A stretch of 49,086 nt of DNA from positions 1-49,086 of the forward strand of contig CAYTUI010000003.1 of NCBI GenBank assembly GCA_964441335.1, in the 5' to 3' direction. Made by a program: the position numbers and the translations under genes. The DNA comes from an uncultured Gammaproteobacteria bacterium (lineage in GTDB: Bacteria; Patescibacteriota; Patescibacteriia; UBA1558; 2-01-FULL-52-15). Positions 12,669 through 19,846 of the stretch are shown here, one piece after another. The stretch's first letter is position 1. Each line of letters begins with the position of its first letter. The notes beneath the pieces were generated by a model, which saw nothing but the letters and a program-made list of their open reading frames with translations, made no database searches and was not told where the DNA came from.

Positions 12669-12811
12669 ATGAATAAAAAGTCTTTAAAATTCTCAAAAAA
12701 AGGAGACTAGATCCAGAGAAACCAGCAGAGCGGAAACAAATTATTGAAGAAGCAGTTAACCGGACAGTCAAAGAATATGGAAAGGCTCTAGAAAAACTAG
12801 GAGCTGAATAG
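12669..12811 (+). pseudogene. Frameshifted small antitoxin-like ORF upstream of the Doc fragment
   Basis: ATG frame stops after 13 aa; the -1 frame reads ...KQIIEEAVNRTVKEYGKALEKLGAE*, resembling C-termini of small Doc-linked partners; A-runs at the junction. Confidence 0.5.
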
Positions 12812-12813
12812 TT

Positions 12814-12975
12814 ATGTCCTATTTTCTTTCAGAAAACGACATCCTACACCTTTGTCATTCATATGCCCAGACGCATCTCTCATTTAATGAGCCGATTCCG
12901 TCTTTTGAGACGAGATTTAAAGATAGGTTAGAATCCGCGCTGGCTTCTCCTCAACAATCTCAATACACCGATTGA
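12814..12975 (+). pseudogene. N-terminal fragment of a Fic/Doc (death-on-curing) family protein
   Basis: MSYFLSENDILHLCHSYAQTHLSFNEPIPSFETRFKDRLESALASPQQ resembles a Doc N-terminus (LESAL..P) but ends before any HPFxxGNxR motif. Confidence 0.6.
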
Positions 12976-13000
12976 CAAATAATGTATATAGGCTTATACT
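12972..13000 (+). promoter_or_regulatory. Sigma70-type promoter
   Basis: TTGACA-17 nt-TATACT. Confidence 0.75.
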
Positions 13001-13006
13001 AATAAC

Positions 13007-13080
13007 ATCCTTGAGTTATCCATAACTTAAGGGGATAAAATACCATAGAAAACGGCCCGCGCGTTGCGTGGGTCGTTTTT
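13007..13080 (+). ncRNA. Putative ~74-nt small RNA convergent with the NYN gene
   Basis: Promoter, hairpin ccttgagtta-tcca-taacttaagg, then terminator with T-tract; G-U pairs favour the + strand; no ORF. Confidence 0.55.
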
Positions 13081-13118
13081 AATATCTAGAAAAGCTCTAT
13101 ATGCCCTAATTTCGTTTG

Positions 13119-13745
13119 TTACCTATCTTCCGAATTCTTTAGTTCGTCTCCGTGGATTTCAGAAAAGTCAGCGATATCAAAATATCCATCTGTACCGGTT
13201 CTAAGCTCGCTGGATATGCTTCCATCTGTCGAAAAAACATATACTCGTTTTGGTTGTTTTAAATTTCTCAAATAGCTAGCCAGCGAAAGAAAATCCGAAT
13301 CACCTGTAATAAGCACGGCAATATCATAAGCGCTTGAATATTTTATCGCATCAATTGTCAATTCTACATCAAGATTGCCCTTTTCAATCGTTTGTGGCTC
13401 CCCGGATTCCTGATCATAAATTAGCCTACCCTCTTTGTCGCGTAAATTAATAGTCTTTAAGGCCTTCTTGATAACACAAAAGTTCAATCCTTTCTCTAGG
13501 TAGACAAGAAAATTATGAAACCTCTTTATCTTATCGCCAGGTCGTGTTCCTTCGGGAGGATAAGCAACGTAATAAAATATCTTAAAAATATCTCCCTCAA
13601 ACTTCTTGGAGAAAAAGCTACTTAATTTTTTAAGCTCGAGCATTCGGCCTATAGCCTTGTATACACCCCAAAGATTCCCCGCATCTATAAAAACGGCTAT
13701 TTTAGAATTACGGGTGGCAGACTCTTTTGCCTTATTCTTAAACAT
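13119..13745 (-). CDS. NYN domain (LabA/DUF88, PIN-like fold) predicted ribonuclease
   Basis: VFIDAGN, KGNLDVELTID and LITGDSDF acidic motifs; start MFKNK chosen. Confidence 0.92.
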   Translation of the reverse strand: MFKNKAKESATRNSKIAVFIDAGNLWGVYKAIGRMLELKKLSSFFSKKFEGDIFKIFYYVAYPPEGTRPGDKIKRFHNFLVYLEKGLNFCVIKKALKTINLRDKEGRLIYDQESGEPQTIEKGNLDVELTIDAIKYSSAYDIAVLITGDSDFLSLASYLRNLKQPKRVYVFSTDGSISSELRTGTDGYFDIADFSEIHGDELKNSEDR

Positions 13746-13960
13746 AGAACTAATTAGAAAGATAAAAACTACACAGAAAATAGCATAAATATCATATTCT
13801 CGCAACCTTCGACTGTGTCAAACCAGATCAAAGCCCCCTTGTTATAATAGTCAACTACAAATATATATAAATCCTACCACCTAATTAAATAGGGATTTTA
13901 TGCTACAATAACACTGCTAAAATAACACCCATAAATATACCAAAATAATTTGTCAAAACT

Positions 13961-14553
13961 ATGATCAAGGCTATCATATTTGATGTCGGAGGAGTATACA
14001 TGAAAGGCAAGACCTCCGATTTTGTTAATCGCTCTTATAAAATACTTAATATCAACAAAAAATTTAAACCAGGCAATAGTTTGGTATTTGATAAAAAATT
14101 GAATAAGGGTTTAATTACCCATGAACAATGTTTTAAAAAATTTTTCAATGTACCTATAACTGAGCAACAGATGAAAAAGATAAAACAAGTATGGATATCA
14201 ACTTGGGCACCGACAAAAGAAATGATTAATTTGATAAAAAAACTTTCCAAAAAATATACTCTGGCAATATTATCTAACTCCGACTCATTAAATTCACGAA
14301 ACTATGCTACCAAAGGTTGGTATTCATATTTTGATCATTTAATTTTATCCCATGAGTTGGGTATCTTAAAACCCAATAAAAAAATTTACCAAATTGCCTT
14401 GAAAAAAATTAACCGCCCAACCAAAGAGTGTATATTTTAGATGATCGCGAAAAAGCGTTATTACCCGCGGCTAAATTAGGTATGAAGACAATCCTCTTCA
14501 AATCTTTAACGCAACTTAAAAAAGAATTTAAATCAAGAAATATCTCATATTGA
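13961..14553 (+). pseudogene. HAD-family phosphatase with 1-nt frameshift near 14438
   Basis: IIFDVGGV, LSNS, KP motifs; after ECIF the motif IV DD plus the C-terminus (DDREKALLPAAKLGMKTILF...SY*) continue in another frame. Confidence 0.8.
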
Positions 14554-14578
14554 CTCAAAACTCAAGGCGTGCTAAATT
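14550..14578 (+). promoter_or_regulatory. Sigma70 promoter for the small-ORF cassettes
   Basis: TTGACT-17 nt-TAAATT with TG extension. Confidence 0.6.
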
Positions 14579-14586
14579 CCTTTATT

Positions 14587-14616
14587 AGTTCTTTAGCAAA
14601 ATATTCTTTGGGGGCG
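14587..14616 (+). repeat. Cassette left repeat, copy 1 (boxA-like motif plus inverted-repeat arm)
   Basis: agttctttagcaaaatattctttgggggcg; 29/30 identical to 15430-15459. Confidence 0.9.
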
Positions 14617-14636
14617 CACACAACAAGGAGGTTTTA

Positions 14637-14858
14637 ATGTCATATCGGAAGTCAATTCTTGGCTACAGTCTCGCTATAGCGTTGGGCTTCGGGATTATGC
14701 TGATTGGCGATCTCAAGTTCAAGAATGACATACCTATGATTGGTCTGGGGATTGGCCTCGCTGTGATCAGTACATTTATGCTCTACATCACCTTGATGAG
14801 GCGAGTCGGCCAGCAGATCCGTGAGCGTCGGGCACGTGAATCTCGTCAGAGATCATGA
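14637..14858 (+). CDS. Small 2-TM membrane protein with Arg-rich tail
   Basis: AAGGAGG SD, two hydrophobic helices. Confidence 0.75.
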   Translation: MSYRKSILGYSLAIALGFGIMLIGDLKFKNDIPMIGLGIGLAVISTFMLYITLMRRVGQQIRERRARESRQRS

Positions 14859-15091
14859 ACCAAGGTCAATCTACGATAGGGGGTATGATGACAAGAGACA
14901 ACTGTGAACACACGGGCGAATTGGGCATTGAACTAACGGAGCTAGTGGAGGGACTGGTGATCATACTGATCGGGGCACTCCTGGCTTTTGCCTTTTTCTA
15001 CCTATCCACTATTCCGCCATATGCTGATGTAGGCCCACATATCAGTACAGGACACCCCGTCTTCTCGCCCTATGGGTGGGCTCTTGGTTAA
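14855..15091 (+). CDS. Small 1-TM membrane protein
   Basis: ATGA overlap with previous stop; one hydrophobic helix; start uncertain. Confidence 0.55.
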   Translation: MNQGQSTIGGMMTRDNCEHTGELGIELTELVEGLVIILIGALLAFAFFYLSTIPPYADVGPHISTGHPVFSPYGWALG

Positions 15092-15137
15092 TCAAGGGCT
15101 CTAATTCCGAGAAACAGCCAAGAACAGGAGGCTCACG

Positions 15138-15332
15138 ATGGACATCGTTCGGTTCAAGAAGACCGTTCTTGTGATCGTGGCAGTGATCAGCATCGGAACG
15201 ATTGTGGTCGGCATGTTCTGCGGGATACCCAGCGTGGCAGGCCTCGGTGGCTTCATTCTACTTCTGGACATGCTGGCAGTAGGCTGTATCGTGCTTGACC
15301 CACCGCAGCGCCGCATCAAGCGACAACTGTAG
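15138..15332 (+). CDS. Small 2-TM membrane protein with basic tail
   Basis: CAGGAGG SD, two hydrophobic helices. Confidence 0.75.
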   Translation: MDIVRFKKTVLVIVAVISIGTIVVGMFCGIPSVAGLGGFILLLDMLAVGCIVLDPPQRRIKRQL

Positions 15333-15356
15333 CGGAGAAGCAACACGCCCAAATTA

Positions 15357-15398
15357 GAGACAAGGGAACGCCCTTGTCTCGCCCCCTAAGAATATTTT
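15357..15398 (+). repeat. Hairpin plus cassette right repeat, copy 1
   Basis: gagacaaggg-aacg-cccttgtctc, then cgccccctaagaatatttt (18/19 reverse complement of 14598-14616). Confidence 0.9.
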
Positions 15399-15429
15399 CA
15401 GTTAAATGTCTATGGATTAAATATTCTTA

Positions 15430-15459
15430 AGTTCTTTAGCAAAGTATTCTTTGGGGGCG
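15430..15459 (+). repeat. Cassette left repeat, copy 2
   Basis: agttctttagcaaagtattctttgggggcg. Confidence 0.9.
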
Positions 15460-15476
15460 TTCAACAGGAGGAGAAG

Positions 15477-15671
15477 ATGAGTAAGAAAACCGTTGTAGGT
15501 ATCTTGATCGGCGGCGTCGGTATGGTGGTTAGTATCGTAGGCTCGATACAGTCAGTCACATGGCTCAGGCTGGCCGGTGCTTCCATCATGTTGTTTGGCC
15601 TCATCCTGGTCGCACCAGCATGGATGCGTGAAGTGCGACGGGCTAAAGAGGAGATTCGCCAAAGACATTAA
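15477..15671 (+). CDS. Small 2-TM membrane protein with basic tail
   Basis: CAGGAGGAG SD, two hydrophobic helices, REVRRAKEEIRQRH tail. Confidence 0.78.
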   Translation: MSKKTVVGILIGGVGMVVSIVGSIQSVTWLRLAGASIMLFGLILVAPAWMREVRRAKEEIRQRH

Positions 15672-15708
15672 ACACCCCAAACTAGTCACAGAATGTGACT
15701 CATTTACC

Positions 15709-15760
15709 GAGAGAAGGCCGCTACAATAAGGCTCCTTCTCTCGCCCCCTAAGAATATTTT
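15709..15760 (+). repeat. Hairpin plus cassette right repeat, copy 2
   Basis: gagagaagg...ccttctctc, then cgccccctaagaatatttt; 22 nt identical to 15377-15398. Confidence 0.9.
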
Positions 15761-15789
15761 TATCCCTTTCATCATACCTCAACGCCTAT

Positions 15790-15897
15790 CTAACCTCTCC
15801 TTCTCTGAAGGAGAGGAAAGGAGAGGATGTGAGATTTACATTAAATCCTCTCCTTTAATTCCTCCCCCTTTTCAAGGGGAGGTTAGGATAAGGATTA
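15790..15897. repeat. Two REP-like purine/pyrimidine-skewed palindromes
   Basis: cctctccttctctgaaggagagg and cctcccccttttcaaggggagg, each with a G-rich tail. Confidence 0.6.
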
Positions 15898-15964
15898 ATT
15901 TTCGCGCCCCTGCTTAATCTGCGGGGTTTTATGATACAATGATAGGGTCAAAACTTAAGCTAAT

Positions 15965-17407
15965 ATGACCAATATCGCTTCCAAAATCTTCTACAATACC
16001 TTCTGGCAGATAGTTTTTCGGGCTGTGGAGATTGTTTTGGGGGTGGTAACTTTAGGCTTGATTACCAGATATTTAGGTCAGGCGCAATATGGTTATTACA
16101 CCACTATTATGGCCTGGCTACAGTTTTTCATCATTCTAATTGATTTGGGATTATATTTAACATTACTGCGGGAAATCTCGGCTAAGACAGCCGACCAAAC
16201 AGCCAAAATCGTCAATAATATCTTCACCCTACGGTTCTTCAGTTCTTTAGTTTTTCTGTTTCTGGGTATCGTCATAGTCCAATTTCTAAATTATCCAGCG
16301 GCCATTAAAATTGGCGTCATCGCCTTATCATTAAGCTATTTCTTTGTTTCTTTAGTCACTGTCCTGACTGCTATTTTTCAAAAACAGCTGGTCATGCCTA
16401 AAATTGCCGCCGCCAGTTTAGTCAATAAATTAGCTTTCTTTATTTTTGTTATTTATTTAATTTCCAGCGGCCACGATTTGCAGACAATTCTTTATGCCGC
16501 TTCTCTAGCTTCGTTTATTTATTTTTTAATGACCTGGATATTTACCAGCAAATATCTTAATTTAAAACTGCAATTTGATTGGACATATTGGAAGCTAATT
16601 CTGATTAAAACTTGGCCCTTAGCTGTTACTACTGCCTTAAATCTGATTTACTTCAAACTGGACACATTATTTTTATCTTGGTATCAGCCGGCCGCCACAG
16701 TCGGTCTATACGGCGCGACTTACAGAGTGCTGGAAATAGCTACTACTTTCCCGCATATGTTCATGGGTTTAGTTTTGCCTTTACTGACGGCCGCCTGGGT
16801 CAGCCATGATCTGGCCAAAGTAAAAACCATCTGGCAACATAGTTTTGACTTCTTTGCCTTTTTAACACTGCCGATGATTTTTGGAACTTTGGTTTTGGCC
16901 ACGCCCTTGATGGTCTTGGTAGCCGGGCCTGATTTCAGTCTGTCGGGTCCGATTCTAAAAATTTTAATACTGGCCACAGGCGCGATATTTTTCGGCACGC
17001 TTTTTACCTATATGGTTTTAGTTCTGGATCAACAGCAAAAAATGATTAAATATTTTGCTTTGGCCGCGGTGTTATCAATCATCGGCTATTGGACATTAAT
17101 TCCTCTGTATTCTTACTGGGCGGCGGCTTGGGTGACGGTAATTATTGAAACGCTAATTATAATTTTTGCCTGGCTGGTAGTCAGACGAAAATTTCAACAC
17201 ACTCCCAACTTAAAAACTTTTGTTAAATTATTAGCGGCCAGTGTTATTATGTCTGTTATACTTTACTATTTGCCTGATTTCCAGGTGCTGTTAAAAATAT
17301 TAGTCGGCCTTATTGTTTATCTGGCTCTGGTTCTGATGCTTAAAGCCTACAAATTAACCGACTTAAAACAATTGATCTTAAACGAAAAAAAATCCCGAGC
17401 TGAATAG
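15965..17407 (+). CDS. Wzx-type polysaccharide flippase
   Basis: Multi-TM; ITRYLGQAQYGYY, DLGL, IYFKLDTLFLS...VGLYGATYR. Confidence 0.9.
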   Translation: MTNIASKIFYNTFWQIVFRAVEIVLGVVTLGLITRYLGQAQYGYYTTIMAWLQFFIILIDLGLYLTLLREISAKTADQTAKIVNNIFTLRFFSSLVFLFLGIVIVQFLNYPAAIKIGVIALSLSYFFVSLVTVLTAIFQKQLVMPKIAAASLVNKLAFFIFVIYLISSGHDLQTILYAASLASFIYFLMTWIFTSKYLNLKLQFDWTYWKLILIKTWPLAVTTALNLIYFKLDTLFLSWYQPAATVGLYGATYRVLEIATTFPHMFMGLVLPLLTAAWVSHDLAKVKTIWQHSFDFFAFLTLPMIFGTLVLATPLMVLVAGPDFSLSGPILKILILATGAIFFGTLFTYMVLVLDQQQKMIKYFALAAVLSIIGYWTLIPLYSYWAAAWVTVIIETLIIIFAWLVVRRKFQHTPNLKTFVKLLAASVIMSVILYYLPDFQVLLKILVGLIVYLALVLMLKAYKLTDLKQLILNEKKSRAE

Positions 17408-17451
17408 ACAGAATTCGGAATCCGGAATTACCAATTACTAACTACTAACTT

Positions 17452-18780
17452 ATGGAATTAATTAATTTAGCCAATCCAATCTCCTGGCTGATAATCGTCG
17501 CAATAATTATCTACTGGCGAATTTGTTGGACCAAAATGCTCAATGGTCTTTATTTGATTGTTCTGCTACTGCCCAGTTACCTATTACGTTTCACTATCTT
17601 CGGTGTCCCAGTAACCTTTTTGGAAATCTTGATACTAATTGCTTTTGTCAGTTGGCTGTTTAAAGATAAACGACTGACTAAAATTAATTGGCGCTGGCAA
17701 AAAAATCCTAACAATCCTATTCCCGGGAAATATCGCTGGCCCTTAAGTCTATTACTGATAGCAGCTACCATTAGCGCTGTCATTGCCCCTGATCAGATTG
17801 CCGCTTGGGGCATTTGGAAAGCTTATTTTCTAGAACCGGCAATGTTCTTTTTAATGGTTATGTACACTGTTAAAGAGCGACGGGAAATTTATCGTTTTCT
17901 GGATATTTTAGGGCTACTGGCGATAGTCTTTTTTGGCATGGCCATGTTTCAAAAAATTACCGGTTGGGGCATTCCTAATGATTTTTGGGCGGCGGCTGAA
18001 ACCAGAAGAATTACCACTATCTTGGGCTACCCCAATGCTAACGCCTTATTAATTGCCCCGATTGTCGCTTTATTCCTAGGCTACTGGCGGGAGACAGGCA
18101 AATATTGGCAACAAGCTTTTAAGGCTTTGGTAATTATTGGCGGTTTTCTGACTATCTGGTGGGCGCAATCAGCAGGCGCCTTACTGGGACTGGCCGTGGC
18201 CATAATAATTCTGATGATAAGTCATAAAAAAACCCGCTCTCTGGCTATAGCTATGGTAATTGTGGCTATCATGATTCCTCTTAATACGGCTTCTATTAAA
18301 TTTTCGCTTGTGCGGCAGTGGCACAATATTCAGGCGCAAACTTTATCATTGGACGCCAGCTCTTTGGAGATTAGAGCCAATCAATGGCAAGAAACCTGGC
18401 AACTGTTAATTAGTAAACCTCAAACTTTTATCTTGGGGCCGGGTCTGGCGACTTACCAGAGCGCTCTAGTACCCTTTCATCGCCATAATTTTATTGAAAT
18501 ATTTCTTTACCCCCACAACATCCTACTTAACTTTTGGACAGAAACCGGTCTTTCGGGAGCTATCGGTTTTTGCTGGCTATTGATATTACTATTTATTGCT
18601 TTAGCTAAACAAATCTGGAGAAAAAAAATACAGCCCTTGGGTTGGGCCTTACTCTTAGCTTTCATAACCATCGTGGTGCACGGATTGGTTGATGTGCCTT
18701 ATTTTAAAAATGATTTAAGCGTATTATTTTGGTTATTAACTGCCTTAGCAATTATTTCAGCGAGAAGGGTTAAAGTTTAG
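17452..18780 (+). CDS. O-antigen ligase / Wzy_C family protein
   Basis: Multi-TM; GYPNANA, SLEIRANQW, GPGLATY, YPHNILLNFWTETG. Confidence 0.9.
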   Translation: MELINLANPISWLIIVAIIIYWRICWTKMLNGLYLIVLLLPSYLLRFTIFGVPVTFLEILILIAFVSWLFKDKRLTKINWRWQKNPNNPIPGKYRWPLSLLLIAATISAVIAPDQIAAWGIWKAYFLEPAMFFLMVMYTVKERREIYRFLDILGLLAIVFFGMAMFQKITGWGIPNDFWAAAETRRITTILGYPNANALLIAPIVALFLGYWRETGKYWQQAFKALVIIGGFLTIWWAQSAGALLGLAVAIIILMISHKKTRSLAIAMVIVAIMIPLNTASIKFSLVRQWHNIQAQTLSLDASSLEIRANQWQETWQLLISKPQTFILGPGLATYQSALVPFHRHNFIEIFLYPHNILLNFWTETGLSGAIGFCWLLILLFIALAKQIWRKKIQPLGWALLLAFITIVVHGLVDVPYFKNDLSVLFWLLTALAIISARRVKV

Positions 18781-18800
18781 AGTCTACAATTATTTCATAC

Positions 18801-18906
18801 GACCCCTCTTCCCCGCCGCTCGCGAGTGGCGGGGTCCGTCCTCCCCTTAGCAGTGGAGGCTCTATTAAATTGAGCCCTTCCTGACAAGGAGGGGAAAGGG
18901 GAGGTC
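18801..18906. repeat. REP-like palindromic element between convergent genes, with a nested GC hairpin
   Basis: gacccctc...ctccccttagcagtggag...cccttcctgacaaggagggg...ggggaggtc; nested ccccgccgctcgcgagtggcgggg. Confidence 0.6.
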
Positions 18907-18960
18907 AGATGGTGTGAAAACTTAAAAGTAAGGAGTGTCTTGATCTGATTAGGCAAAATG

Positions 18961-19344
18961 CTAAGGAGCTATTTCAGACCAGGTACAATCTGACAATTCT
19001 TGGGTACAACTATACTTAACCTTCTTAGTCGCTAGGCTAGAAGTCGCCACCGCTTCTATGTCAGAGCTACCCAGACTGTCTACAAACTGGCGGGAAACGT
19101 CTATGCTCATAACATTAAAGAGACTGAATGTTAAATCATTCGGTCTTTTTTTAATCTGCAATAATGCTTCTTCTGCTCCTGACTGACTGGCAAAAAAATC
19201 CTGCACGGATTGCTTATATGAGCGGTTGGAGCCGGCATTATTCAGGCCGACGTACATCATAGACAAGATCATGGAGAGCACCGCTGTAGAAATAATAATT
19301 GATGATATCAGGACAGCGGCGCCTTTTTGGTTAACTGTTTTCAT
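18961..19344 (-). CDS. PilX-like minor pilin
   Basis: NQKGAAVLISSIII hydrophobic N-terminus without E5; ASQSGAEEAL motif. Confidence 0.7.
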   Translation of the reverse strand: MKTVNQKGAAVLISSIIISTAVLSMILSMMYVGLNNAGSNRSYKQSVQDFFASQSGAEEALLQIKKRPNDLTFSLFNVMSIDVSRQFVDSLGSSDIEAVATSSLATKKVKYSCTQELSDCTWSEIAP

Positions 19345-19345
19345 A

Positions 19346-19846
19346 TTACCGCAGACTAAAAAATGCTTTATAAGTTTGCTGGGCATGGCGATAAGAATTA
19401 GCGACTTCACCTGTTTCCAGTTCCATATTTATCTGCACACCCCTAATTGTTCCAGTTATCTCTTCTGCTATCGGCGTTAAAATAAAAGAGTTGACGTGAA
19501 CATTCGAATCGTGAATTACCTCGGTAACAGCCGCGTCTTCAGTTTGGAACTCTAAGCGAGTGGAATTAGGCGTAATCGTAAACCAGTCACCGGAACCGGT
19601 CAGATAAAATTTCAATTGAGCCGGATCAGGACTGACGTCTTCAATAGAAGAGGCTTGATGAATATTGTCGCTTAAGAAATTAAAAATAAATCTAGCGTTT
19701 TGCTGAACTAAATCCTCGGCTCTGATATGAGACCGGACATGCAGAATATTAAGAGCTAGACCGCTAATGGTTGATAATAAAATTACCGTTATTACTATAT
19801 AAACAGTCAGCTCAATCAATGTAAAACCTTTTCTAAAATTAGTCAT
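19346..19846 (-). CDS. Type IV minor pilin (PilW-like)
   Basis: KGFTLIEL prepilin cleavage/methylation motif. Confidence 0.85.
   Translation of the reverse strand: MTNFRKGFTLIELTVYIVITVILLSTISGLALNILHVRSHIRAEDLVQQNARFIFNFLSDNIHQASSIEDVSPDPAQLKFYLTGSGDWFTITPNSTRLEFQTEDAAVTEVIHDSNVHVNSFILTPIAEEITGTIRGVQINMELETGEVANSYRHAQQTYKAFFSLR

Noticed and set aside
12690-12710. Programmed -1 frameshift at A-AAA-AAA
   Set aside because: A slippery run is present, but no stimulatory structure is evident and the partner toxin is truncated, so decay is the simpler explanation
14587-15760. CRISPR array or integron attC array
   Set aside because: Only two units, with 300-800-bp gene-containing interiors; no cas or integrase gene; no GTTRRRY/RYYYAAC ends recognised
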